64,000 nt of DNA, taken from contig NW_026854598.1 of assembly GCF_026571515.1 (NCBI RefSeq), forward strand, positions 1-64,000, written 5' to 3'. The DNA comes from Ruditapes philippinarum. Lineage: Eukaryota. Position 1 is the stretch's first letter; every line of letters starts with the position of its first letter. Below, one piece after another: positions 13,792 through 26,527 of this stretch. Below the pieces are notes generated by a model, which saw only the letters and a program-made list of their open reading frames with translations, ran no database searches and was not told the DNA's origin. Made by a program: the position numbers and the translations under genes.

Positions 13792-14900
13792 ATGGTTGGG
13801 AAAATGTCTCCTACCACTGACCAAATACAATCCTATATCAAGATCCGCTGAATTCTTTTTATACAGACAAAAGACATATTTTATGAAATTTGCCGTGATT
13901 ATGAGAAAAATCAATGAACTTTCGTTTTCATCTGGTGTAAAAATTAAAAAGTGGTGTGGATTCAGTAAATGATGCACCTGATGCACGCCGTTTGAAAACT
14001 CCGCCACAAATGGTTATAAAGTAAAAGATTTGATTGCCACTGGTGCAAGATTTTTAAGTATATAGCTAAATGCGTTGGTATACATGTATGTGTAGAAGCC
14101 GCTCATAGAATTCTAATACGCGATTTTGAAATGGAAAGGATAAATGCCAGATGGATATATCATTTCCTTACAAAAGAGCAACACTTGCTTGGGTAAGAAT
14201 CTTCAAGCAATTGTTGAAACAGTTCCGTAAATACAACAATAAATCTTTTGCAATTATCATCAATGGCGATGAGACGTGGGTTTACGTTTATGAGACAAAG
14301 CGAAGGAAACACATCAAAATATTGAGAACCACAGGAAGTCAAAGACCTTGCATAGCAAATCGTACCATGAGCGTCAAAAAGGTCATGTATATAATTTTCT
14401 TTACCAATCAAGTTCCTGCTATTCAAAATTGCCGTACCAAAGGGTAAATCTGTAAATGCCAAGTTAAACAATGACAAGGTCCTTAATAAATTAAAGAAAT
14501 ATTTTTAAAAAAGCAACTGGTTATTCGTGATGTCTGGTTGTTGCATGACAATGTTTAGTCAAGCGGCTATTGTACGAGAATAACAGGAAGTGGTTATCGA
14601 GCTTCTTCACTCTCCTTATTCGCCAGCCTTGCCCTTTGTGACTTTTTTTCTATTTCCGAGGCTAAAAAGCCAACCTTACTTGAAGAAAATATCAAAATTT
14701 ATGCGAAAAATATCGGTTCGGGTATTTTCCAGCGTCTGAACAGTTTACCTGGAAAAGATTATGGAAACGCATTTAAAAATTGGATTAGAGGACTAAAACT
14801 TTGTATATCACATTGAAGGATTGAGATTATTGTTTTGCACTGTTTGTTAAGCATTTCTGACAATTGATCCAGTTGTACTAATATTTGAGCAGACCTCGTA
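13792..14900 (+). mobile_element. Decayed mariner (DD34D) transposon with transposase pseudogene
   Basis: Relic frames read MVGKM..YIKIR..IFYEIC..KSGVDSV (HTH), IINGDETWVY, LLHDN, HSPYSP.LA..DFFLFPRLK and NWI..LKLCI, with stops and frameshifts. The right end tttgagcagacctcg+TA (14899-14900) is mariner-like. The left TIR was not located. Confidence 0.9.
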
Positions 14901-14999
14901 TAACTGATCATAGTATTATAGATACATAATTGTATATTAAGAAATACACAAATTCAAAAAATTTAAAAGCATTGTGTCTCTGATTATTTTTTTTTTTAT

Positions 15000-16940
15000 T
15001 TTCTAAAAACAACAATACAACAATGTTGCAATATCTTCGCATACTTTTATCATTATAAATATAAAAAGCAACCGTCAAAGTTTTTTATATTTGTTAAGAG
15101 AAAGATTCAAAACAACAAAGTTAACAACATTGTAGGAGGCGAAAACCACAAAGGATATATTTGGAATTTTAATGGCGCCAAATATTTAGCAACATCGCTA
15201 TAAAAAGTGTATTTCAGTTCAGTTTAAGCGGAAAGGATTTTCATCTAAGAAATATATAAACCCTTTGTTTATACAATGTACTAGCAAATATCAATACAAA
15301 TGTTATCCCTTCTCGCAGCCTATCATATTACAATTTTCATTAACATCTTAATTGAGTAGTAAAAGGAGCGTTAAAATATTTATTTTTAATAAAAGAAGTA
15401 TATTTTTGTGTACGGTATAGCAATCATAAAAAATGCATAACTATTATAATGATACAGTTATCTTATAATAAACAGACCATAAACTGTAATAACACGTGTT
15501 TAAAAATCATAATAAAATTATAAAATTAAATTGTTTTTGCATGAAACTTCAACAGCAATTTTAACGGAAACATAAAACGATGTAAATAACACATACTGTG
15601 ATTGATTTAAAATATTGCAGAAAATATGCTGAAACAAATAAAATATTGATATATTATATATATGTCATGTGAGAAATCTATTTAAATTAATGTTAATGTT
15701 ATAGAAACCTTATATATATTTTGTTTGATTTAATATTATCAATTATTACAAATTCAAAATTTCTTTATATAACAATATCTTAACCGAGGTAGATCAGATC
15801 GTTACACTCCTTTTTTAATTTTTGAGAAAAAAAACAGAAATATTTTCCCGAACTCCTTACCTTGCTGCACTAAGAACACTCTATTTTATTCTAAATGCAA
15901 ATTGCTACTCAAGTTCAATTAAGCCGTCTGTGTTGTTTCTATAATCCTTTTACTGCATGAGATGATCGCCGTAGCGCAACAAGATGTCCTATAAAATTAA
16001 ACTGTCTCCGTTTCAGTATTTTCATGCTTAAGATCAGCACGGTGTTTAGGTTTTGTTTGTATTTATCTGGTCCTTCGAGATAATTGATTTCAATAGTAAT
16101 CAAAAAAATTGTAGTATAACTTGTAGTTTAGATTATTGAATACCTTAGACGGTGCTAGGGATTTGGAAAATGTTGCACTCTCTATCAACTAAATTAAACG
16201 GAGTCCTAGATTCTAAAAATGTTTTTCTTTTTTGTGTTGTCGTTTTTTGTTGTTTTGTTTTGTGTTTAATAAAAAAATAGAAGAAAATGGATGAAAATAC
16301 AAAAACTAACAACGAACAATTGTTTTTTGACATCTGTGATATTCTAAATACGACTAAATACGATAATAACTATTGCTGCAATATAACTTGAAATATATCA
16401 CTGAAATATACCCTGGATGATTTAAAAGCATACTGAATTTATATAACCTTAACATAATTTATTACCCCATGCTTTGGTAAGAACCATTACATGTGAAGGT
16501 AACTACGGTTTTGCTTAATGATTCAATGAATGTTTATAAAACACATGCATAAATCATATAATTGCTGTGGCCATAACCCATTAATATAGTTTATATACTC
16601 AGATGGGCATAATAACGATTGAAATTCAATCAATTTTAATTAAAACGTTTTCAGAAAATGAATATTCTTAATACAACAAAACATAAATTACATATAATTG
16701 TTAGTACAAAGTTCAATAAAAAAAAATGCGAAATTAAAATTTAATAATTATGTTTCCATTATTCAAAAAGGTGGCGTGTGTTATACATTGTATGATCTAA
16801 AACAATTTCCATTTTAGATAAAAGTTCTAATGTTTTTACAAACTCACTTACAAAAAAATTGTTTTCCTGGTCTTTTTATGACATTACTATTTGTGAACCA
16901 AACAAATTATTCAACTTGAATACCAAGTAAGATGTAACAA
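15000..16940 (+). repeat. Tandem copy of 9890-12310
   Basis: Collinear anchors ctagcaaatatcaatacaaa, catgctttggta, aataacgatt, taaaacgttttcagaaaa, actatttgtgaa and taccaagt. Confidence 0.85.
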
Positions 16941-17039
16941 TAACTGAAAATTCGTACAAGCAAAAATATCAGTTCTTGTTAACATGTCAGGCATAGGAGT
17001 CGCAATGTACTACACAAATCCGTCTGTGATCGGTTTGAA

Positions 17040-17550
17040 TTCTTGTAAAATTAACAAGGAAGGACAGAATACAAAAGAATTTTCATTGGTCATTTTAAAA
17101 TTACAAACTGAAATCGGTGAATCTCATTGGTCACTCTAAAATAAATGAAAAGGACAATATTATTCTAACCATTCCAAATGTTCGTTTGTTTGTTTGTTTC
17201 ATTTTACGCCTTTTCCCGACAGTATTTCAGTCATATAGGCGGGTAGTTTCCTAACCATCGTTCCTGGAGAGTTACACCAGTACTAGGCTACCTTCCTCCG
17301 CGCTAAACTACAAAAGCATCTCCCGGGGATCGAACCCACGCCAGATAGGTAACTGGATTAGAAGTCATCGACTCTTACCTCTCGACCACGGAGGCGGTTA
17401 CCATTCCAAATAAACGTAAAGGATAGTTCGTACCATTCTAAAACAAAATGTTAAGGATAGCTCTATGATTAAATATAAGGGATAGTTTTGTCACTATAAA
17501 TAAAATGTAAAGGATAGTTCTCAAACAAAATGTACAGGAATGAGGATAGT
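17040..17550 (+). repeat. Degenerate ~30-35-bp minisatellite hosting the SINE
   Basis: Recurrent cattctaaaa..aaatgtaaaggatagtt-like units on both sides of the SINE. Confidence 0.6.
17180..17399 (-). mobile_element. tRNA-derived SINE, full length, with 12-bp TSD
   Basis: Minus strand A box TGGTCGAGAGG, B box GGTTCGATCCC and (AAAC)n tail. TSD ACCATTCCAAAT at 17168-17179 and 17400-17411. Confidence 0.9.
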
Positions 17551-18801
17551 TATTTAGCTTTTAGTTTAATTTTGTAAATTATTACAAAAAATAGAATTGA
17601 ACCGGAAAAAAACAAGTAAAAATTACACCTTAAATATAAATTGTTCTTCTTTGAAAAATCATCAATATCAATATGATATAATTTCAATGTTTACAAATTA
17701 GGTATTTTCTAAAGGCTTCAAAAAATTATTATCATGTCATTGTTATGCAAACATTGCTAACATTTATTTTTGTATTGAAAAAAAAAACAAACTTAAAAAA
17801 TAACTAACTTTTGTATGTTAAACAGTTATACTTCTGCCGAGTATCTTTTTAAAAGATACTTCTTGTCTCTCTCTAATGATCTATGTTTCTAGTATTTGAA
17901 TAATAAACTTTAAATAAAAGGCCATATTGTAAATTATATCATATTATAACTCAACCGCGAAGTTTTTGTTATTTTTCTTACATTGTTTTATATTTTTTTT
18001 ATCAAATATGACAATTAATAATTTAAAATATATTACGATTTCATGAGAATATGCGGTCAGTAAGAAACATTTATTTTTGAAACATTTTTAAAAAGACGAG
18101 TAAAGCATTTAAAATCATAGGCCATAGCTTTCAAAATTCTTGTTTTGATTGACGCTTAGGTCTGAAACTGACGTATTTCATAACATATGATATGGGCATT
18201 TTACATTTGCATTGTCATATTATGATAAAACTACGATGTCCTACTTATAACGACTAGTTTGCAATATTTAACAAAGTTAAAAGTCATTGTTAAACGTAAA
18301 TTATTTTCATGTTTATTTTGCATTTATTATCAAACGGCAGTCCAGTCACGACGCAGAAAATTTACATGATAAAGGCGGGTTTTAATAAGATTACGTTACA
18401 TATATGTTCACGTCAAATCCATGTAATTTTACTTTGTTCAAATTGTCAGATTGTTATTTTATAATATTTATAAGTCTTATCAACACAACGATTTCAATTA
18501 TTAAAGTGTTACTACAAGGATTTTCAAGCTTAAGTACCAAAGCTTATTACTGTTTTGTGAATATTATATATTGAGGAAAGGGTATGTTTTTAATTGTTGT
18601 ATTCGTATACGCAATACCTAGGAAATAGATATTTAGTTTGTAGCACTATGCAATAAAAATATTATTTAAGGTATATCCATGGGATAACCATTATGATATC
18701 ATCATATAATGATATCATCATATAACAAAGACTCATTTTACAACAATTTAAAAAATCTTTTTCATAATAAACTGTTGATATTGAGTATGCTTACAAATTC
18801 A

Positions 18802-19176
18802 AGCATGAAATTCTTCAGGGGCTAAAATATGCAAATCTATTAATAAAGTTTCTTGACAATAATTATCCTCTCCATTTTTAAAAAAATGTAGGTGTTCGGA
18901 TAAATAATATTTGAGGTAATATAGGATTTTTTCCAAATTACCTTGGTATTTCTATTCCCACTAAAACTTTAACTTCTGTAACTCCAATACCACCAATAAT
19001 GTTTAATAAAGGTATTAATGGAATTTTATTGATCACTCTCGCGGATCACTTGATCAAAAAACAAAACATGGTCTTTCTCGTTATCCGATTGTTGAGCATG
19101 AAATTCTTCAGGGGCTTAAATAGGCAAATCTATTAATAAAGTTTCTTGACAATAATTATCCTCTACATTTTTAAAA
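18802..19176 (+). repeat. ~80-bp near-identical direct repeat (18802-18883 / 19095-19176)
   Basis: agcatgaaattcttcaggggct..gcaaatctattaataaagtttcttgacaataattatcctct is present twice. Confidence 0.85.
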
Positions 19177-20829
19177 TCAGTTTGGTCTTAGTAATGAGGC
19201 GGTTGTTTTGATGAAAAAGAGAAAGAATACAATCTAAAGGTAGTGCCATTTGTAACATAAATCAAATTTATGCATGCATCAGCAGTAATAAGTAAAACAT
19301 CTGCATATCGCCTATTCGAGCGAGATTTAAAGTTTCCAAGAATGTAGGCAACTTATATTGCACATTAACATTGACATTAAATGACAAGTGTTATGTAGAT
19401 ATAATTAAATAAAAGTTGAACTTTAAAACATAGAATCTTGAGATTCTTACAGAAATAAGTCGATGTCCAAATTGTATTTCGTGAACAATATTTACCAACA
19501 CTTGATCACAAAATAATCAACTTAATTTATGTTATTTAGATAATTGCATTTGTCTAGAAAGTGTGCAATTGATGTTTTGTCTTCCGAAGCGGATTTTCAT
19601 GTCTTTTTTTTAAAGTTATATCTTATTTATATAAATATAATTTATCCGATTGGCATTAATTCCATTTTACATTTGCTCATGCACAAACTTCAGCTATGGG
19701 AATATAACACTTAAAACTACAACGCCGAAGTATTGTTTATATATATATATATAACAAAAAATGTTAGATATATTTCACGTTATTCAAGAAGTAACTTTAT
19801 TTCTTTTATGTCTTAAACAGGTCATGAAGCTGCTAAAATAGATATCATATCATTTCCTTCAGGGTTCGTCATGTTTTTTTGTTTTTTGTTTTTTTTTTGT
19901 GTCTTTTTCACAATTGTTACTAATCTCTGATACCGTCATAGATCAGATCAATTTAGATATACTTAGTTAAAAAGTTACTTATTCTAACTTGAGTTAGTAA
20001 CTTAGTTTATTTGTTGGGAACATTTTAAGTCTCGTAGTTGTATCGTTCATTTTGTAACCATGTGAGTAATGTGCGCATGATAGGGAGGAAAAGAAACCTG
20101 TTTTTTATCATAGCATTGAAAGCAATTTGCTCCAGACATCATGGTATCACAAAGGTGCAAAGACATTTTATGCATGTATCTACTGTATAAATACCTCTGT
20201 TTCTTCTTTCTAATTGATCTCATGATCTACTTAGAAAATTACACATAAATGATGCAATAACATGAAATAATTGCAATAACACGGTATCGGTTCAACAGCT
20301 GAAATACAGATAAGAAATGGAGTAGGAGAAACATTTTTATTTCTTACACGTTTTGTTAATTTTCAGATACAAAAATGCTAACTGTCTTGGTAAAACTATG
20401 ATTGTTTGTTCTTGCGGGGTGGTCTTGGGTTTGTTTGGTTTTGAATTGTTGATTTGCAGCATGAATGTAATCTTAATAAATTGTTAATAAAAGTCTCTTA
20501 AAACTAGACGTAACAATTTATCTGTTTTTATTGCACACCTGGATTTTTAATACTCTCTATCTTCTGTTTGCAAATGGCTTGATTTCGCTATAAAATGAAT
20601 TTTCTAAACCAATTTCTTTGAACTTGAGGACTGTTATATGCAGGAATAATGTTGTTAATGGGGGTTATATTGAATAAAGAATTATAATCCAATCCAACCA
20701 GCTTGTTTTCATGATAATATAGATAACCAAATGAGACGGAAAACAAAATAGAAAACCTTTTTAACCCGAAACAAAAAGTATGTAACACATGTTCGTATCC
20801 CAACAGGAACTTTACATTATTTTGTGAAA

Positions 20830-20940
20830 GGAAGCTAGAAAGATATCCAGCTAGCTTACGGAAGGTGGTTGATCTACTCGGATGCCCGCCCGTTCCTTAA
20901 GTAATAGGCACCCTAGGATTTTCCTTGAACTCCACCGTTG
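20830..20940 (+). mobile_element. SINE fragment with Meta-type central domain
   Basis: atccagctagcttacggaaggtgg..gatgcccgcccg..ggcaccc resembles the MetaSINE core of molluscs (recalled consensus). No head or tail visible. Confidence 0.65.
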
Positions 20941-21764
20941 CCTTAATACGATAAGTTTAACTGAAAATCTTACCAAAAGACTCAAATGAAAAATGTTTGG
21001 AAACATCCGCAAGCATTCATGCAGGACTTTGTTTTAAAAACTGATTGATAATGGACTCTTTTTGGATTGACACAACAGACCTGTAAACTTCTGTTTGGAA
21101 GAATAATAAAACACAGAGATAAATTTGCAGTTGACATTAACATTGAACGGTTCAGGAATCCCTTCAATCGATCTATAGCTGTTTGATCAAATTTTATAAT
21201 CCGACAAAAGTTATTTGGAAAGGGGACATCCAATTTTTACATAGTATTTTAACGCTTCAAAACTGTCTTGGAAACAACTTAGCTTGAAAATGATCGACAT
21301 TATTTTCAATGTATCAATGGTTATGTCATTACTTAATTTAAAATTTCTATGGAAGATTAATTGTAATGATATTGAATATGTTTACGTTTTTCCAATTGAA
21401 CTTGAATCTAACACGTTTAAATAAACCTACATCATTACAGAAAATTATCTGGATACTTAGTAACAATTACAAATGACACATCCCTCACAATGGTGTATAG
21501 ACCACAGACATGTCACAAGTGATGTCTTTAAAAAAACTATTTTCGAAGCACAAAGAGGTGATTATTTACCTCCATGCAATTGTCTCAGATTATATATACT
21601 GAGTGAAAACATCAATAATGTTTGGGGTTTGTTGTTGGTTTTTGAATTATAAAAAAGAAAAAAAAACATATTAATAATATTAAATAAGAAATACAAAAGC
21701 ACACAATATAAGTAAAAAATAATCAAAATGCTATGCTTACAAATACTTTTTTACTTTTTACCTG

Positions 21765-22040
21765 GAAAGGCCAGACCTTGCGCTCTGGACATCGTCTCAT
21801 TATAGTTAACATTTGTGCTAAGAAAGTTCAAATTCCTTCCACAGGTTAAAACGATACAGACCGGACACGAACACTCCTATATAAGTCTATATAAATCAAT
21901 AAAGCTCCGGGGCTGGACCAATTCCGATCTTAAGAAGTACGAACTTGCACTATGCACACCGTCTCAATATTAAGTAATATTTCTGCCAAAAGTTTTAATT
22001 TCTTTCCATTGCTTCAAAATATACAGAGTGGATGCGCATT
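21765..22040 (+). repeat. Two monomers of pearl/DTC84-like (Helentron-associated) bivalve satellite
   Basis: Two units about 170 bp apart: cttgcgc..acatcgtctcattatagttaacatttgtgc..tacagaccggacacga and cttgcac..acaccgtctcaat..atatttctgccaa..tacagagtggatgc. Confidence 0.65.
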
Positions 22041-25000
22041 ATTATATCATATATATTTCATATTATTCCTCGCATCCGAACTCCAAATAGTGATTTAATT
22101 TATAGAAAAAAAATCACTGTTTATGATTTCGTAAACAATAGAAAGTTATTGAGTATTAAGTCAATGGAATAAGCAAAGTTAATGAACACGAACAATTATA
22201 CAATGTTTTAACAATATATAAGTCATTTTTCACCGTAATTTTTAATATAATTGTAGTAAAATGATACAATAAGTTAAATCGTTTGGTTTTCTTAAATAGC
22301 ATTTTAATTATTTTTAGTAAAGTCAAATTTCTTGATTTATGACGAAAATGGTACGGAATAAAAAGGTTAGAAAATAAATGATTTTGATATAAGAATGATA
22401 CTTATCACCTATGAAACAGGTTCTGGGAGTATATAAAAGCATGAAAAAGAAAGAATTATCATATAAAACCACGCCTTTACATAAACGGTTTGTGCTTTTT
22501 TGAAATTTAGAATTAAGTTTCTTTCATTATAAAGAACACTATTATAGTCATCAATCGCATATCTAACACAGTTAGAGAGAAAAATGAAAAGATCTGTATA
22601 ATGAGTTTTTCCCGTCAACTTAATAAATTATCATGAAAATATTATTAAGATTGAAAATTTGAATGAAATAAAATACGTATAGATTTTATTGTAAGCAAAA
22701 CTGATGTTGTTTTAATTATTGAAGAACGACTTCAAGTCTCGAATGTTAGCCGTGATGTTACGTATCTAAGTAATATAACTATTGATTTAATTCTCTAACA
22801 TTTTGTTAATTAAGTGCAACTATTTGTAAAGGTGAACGGCGTAAGTATTCTTTGTTGTTTCCCTTATAGCGAATACGATAATTAATTTGCACTGATATTC
22901 TTATCTCAAAAGTCAAACAATAGGTAGGTACATACCAAAATGATAAAAACAACAGATAAGTAACACGTCGAATATCTAACTAAAGCAAGATGTTATAACT
23001 TATGTAACTAAAAGTTTAAAAGTGTGTATTTTGTATTATATCGGTTTTTGAATATAAGCCCAAAGAGGGAAAACGGTATCTTTCCTGAATTCTGTGTTAT
23101 TTTGTTAAATCGATTTTCATTACAGCTACAAATTTGATTGTTTCATAATAAAGGTTAGAAGTTTGATTTATCTCTTTTGCACAGCAAGTTCAAACATAAA
23201 ATTCAACGTGATATCATTGACCTGAACGATTTTCATACTTTTTTCACAATTTTTATTACAAATCTCCTTTGCATTGCTTTGATGCAAAAGGCTTCACTAA
23301 CATAACACTGGCCTATTCAAAATGTACAAATAACGAATTGATCTCTGCTGGAACTAACTTTATTTACAATGCAAATACAAAAACAAAATATTTAACGTTT
23401 GACGAGAAATAACACATTTTTTAAAAATCCAAGAAACTTTTAAGATAAACTAGGAATTTAATGGCGCCAAATTATTAGCAACATCGCAGTAAAAAGTTCA
23501 TAATAGCTCTGTTAATTGAAAAGGAATAGATTTTCGTCGAAATTCTAAATAAATTCTGAGTCTAAACAAACGGATATAAATACAGAGGTTTGTTATAAAG
23601 TATATGATACATAATGAAATTTAAATTAAATAAAGTTCATCGTTGTTGAAGGCTATCATATTTCACTTTTGCATTAACTTTTTAATTTAATTGTTATACG
23701 AGCATTAATATCTCAACCATTAATAATAGCAGTATTGTACTGTGTACGCTAAAACAAATAATAAAATAACGTAAATATTATAATTAAATATATTATAATG
23801 ATACAGTTATCTCCATGAAACATGTTCTTTGAAATTAATAGGTCTCGAGTGTAGTATTGTCAGGCGTCAGGCTTGAGATCAGTTACAATTTTCATAGTGC
23901 CATATGAAGATTTGGTGTTTATATAACAATTGTAAACGCATACCAACAGGTGCAAATCTGCAAAAGTGCAGCCGTAAAAAAGTTGTTCAGTACTGCATTT
24001 CGTTGGTGGTTTTTGTTGTTGTTTTCTTTACAATTGATTTCAACACGTTAAGCTTTGATAATTCAATACCATAACGGTTCTTGAAATTGCTGCGCTATCA
24101 GTCAACTCTCATGAACACTCAATTAAACTGAGTCAGCAATTTCAAATTATTCTGTTCCATTTATTATCACGAAGGTATTTGCTTTCCCACAAAGAAACCA
24201 TATAATGAGATATGCAAGTAATACAAGTGGCGCTTTCTCGATATCATGATACAATCTGTTCATTGTTGTTGATAAAATCTAACTGTTGTTGTTTTATAAC
24301 TAATTTGATATGAGGAAAAAATTATTCTAAAAATAAACACGATGAAATCGTATAATTGACCTATTAAATTTAAAGTTATTTTGTTATTATTGTTATATAA
24401 AATCATAATGCAACGAATATAATGATATTTATGCTGGTAGGTTAAACACTGGCTCAATCAAACCGAGTCTGAAGCATCTTCACTTTGCTCAAATTAAACT
24501 ATTCGTATGACAATTTTGTTGATTGATTTTCGGTTTAATATATTTTGCACTTTGACAACATTTACTCGCACAGAATTCGCATATAAATATTTCTTCATAG
24601 TAATTAGTTCAGCTTTAAATTGGTGAACAAAGATATGCCGAAATTTAAATGCATATAAAGAGAGAAAAATGTGTAAAAAGTATAAGTTATTTTGCCTTGA
24701 AAATTAGATTAAACTATTTATGATCAGGTAATATTTAATTAATTAATTTAACATACACTACTTAGATTGGTTAATCTAATTTTCCCTATATATGTATTTG
24801 ACCATTGCACGTCAAAACTATAACATTCTAAATATTTGTTACGTATATAAATGATAGACTAAAAGCACGGATTACTGTTTAAATACAGTTTATAATTGAT
24901 AACCAATCTATACAGAAGTAGGGTTTTTCAAGATTTGTTTTAGATTTTAACCACTTAACGATTAGTTACATGTTAGCATAATATATGAAAATTATATCGG

Positions 25001-25339
25001 TCTTGTCTTTCAAAAAGTGTAATTATTTTAATGTCACTATATATTTATATTGGGACTAGCTTATGTGTAGAATTTCAACAATTCATATTTGCTTTGTGTG
25101 AAGTCAAAACATGTTTATGTTACATTAACAAAGATACTCTACTGCAAGTATCTACGTATATGTTATTATATCAAATTTGAGCATAATATATCTTTAAATG
25201 TGTTCACGCCAATTTTACATAACATGATGTACTCTGACACAAATAACGTATTTGAAGATTTCAAAAATGCGATTAAATTTGATCTGATGAAAGGCAAACT
25301 CCTGAACATATAGAACGTATGTAATAGTTACAATATATA

Positions 25340-25420
25340 TGTAGATTATATAACTAAAAGTCATTATTTTTGTTTTTTATAAGCTGATACACCAGCAAGT
25401 ACGAACACTTTCAGTCCTAT
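25340..25420 (+). promoter_or_regulatory. Candidate core promoter of GPCR A (TATA-like plus Inr-like TCAGT)
   Basis: TATATAA at 25347-25353 and TCAGT near 25411, both retained in copy B (59650-59656, ~59727). TATA-like words are common in AT-rich DNA, so support is mainly from conservation. Confidence 0.3.
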
Positions 25421-25610
25421 AGCATACAAGAAAAATAATGTTTATTTATTTCGAACCAGCCTGCTATGTGAAATTGTTCAGGAGAGGTGAATTAAACGAT
25501 GCATTGTACTTGCTCGAGCGAGTTTATTAGATATTGGTTATTTTCTCATTGAACACCGACGGAATATCAGTTGATTGTCAGAAAGGGATAATGTTATAAG
25601 AAACATTACT
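25385..25610 (+). other. Putative non-coding first (5' UTR) exon of GPCR A; intron 25611-26469
   Basis: The block is much better conserved with 59690-59901 than neighbouring DNA. It ends at a GTAAGT donor (25611). Acceptor ttctttcAG (26468-26469) lies 58 nt before the ATG. Both splice sites are conserved in copy B. The 5' boundary is approximate. Confidence 0.65.
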
Positions 25611-26527
25611 GTAAGTAAATATAGTTTTAATGTTTCCCTACACATTTTGATATGAGTATAGTTTTGAGTGTTTAAAATAATTGTATCTTTTAAAATAGAA
25701 TTCATGAAAATTTAATTTATTCTTTTTTAATGGTACATTACACCATTAGGAATGAAGTAATATTTTTCTGTCCATACAGACTTGATATTGAAATTGAATT
25801 TTATGTCGACATGTGCTATATAGCGGTTTCATTTAAGGTTGAATTGTTTTGGAAGGTATCAATTGCGGACATACGTCAATTGTGATTTTTAATTTCGACG
25901 GTTTTCTTTTTATTTTTTTTTAATGTTTTTTTTTTTTTTTTTTTTTTTTTTTCATTCGTTAGGGATCCCCTCAGCTTTATTTAAATTTTTAAAAAAAAAT
26001 GATACCATGCATAAGCATGCTAAGCATGCGTATACTGAATTGTTTTTTATGTTTAATTCGTCATTTGTTTCCTTTTAACCTTTAGTTGTTGTTGATTGAC
26101 ATTTATGACATATTTTGTTTTTAGTTTTGTATCTGAAAAAATTCATAGCATATTATTATATGACTGCATATTATGATTAGATCATGTGCCTTATTTAAAA
26201 TGATCTATTTGTAAAGTCTTGGATTTTTCTTTCTTAGGTTCGTAATGATCAATTAAAATGAGTGTCATAGAGAAGTAACGACAACAATCTCTTCGATATT
26301 GGTTTAACATGCTTTTAGCCGAAACTTGAAATTTAAAAGACGTAACTTATTACAAAAGCAAATATTAAAGACATAAAATGCAGATCTAAGTAAAAATTGT
26401 TTTATCTTTGCAAGTTGAAATTCTTTTTTTTTCCGAACACGAATTAACTTTTCATTTAATTTCTTTCAGTTTTCTAAAGATATAATGTACAATTGAAATA
26501 GTTCCATGTCAACAGAACACTGAACTG

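Noticed and set aside
17310-17399. tRNA gene
   Set aside because: The A and B boxes belong to a SINE head with body, tail and TSD, and there is no complete cloverleaf.
17040-17550. CRISPR-like repeat-spacer array (also considered for 30120-30262 and the 200-bp arrays)
   Set aside because: Units are degenerate tandem repeats with no invariant repeat plus unique spacers, there are no cas genes, and the context is eukaryotic.
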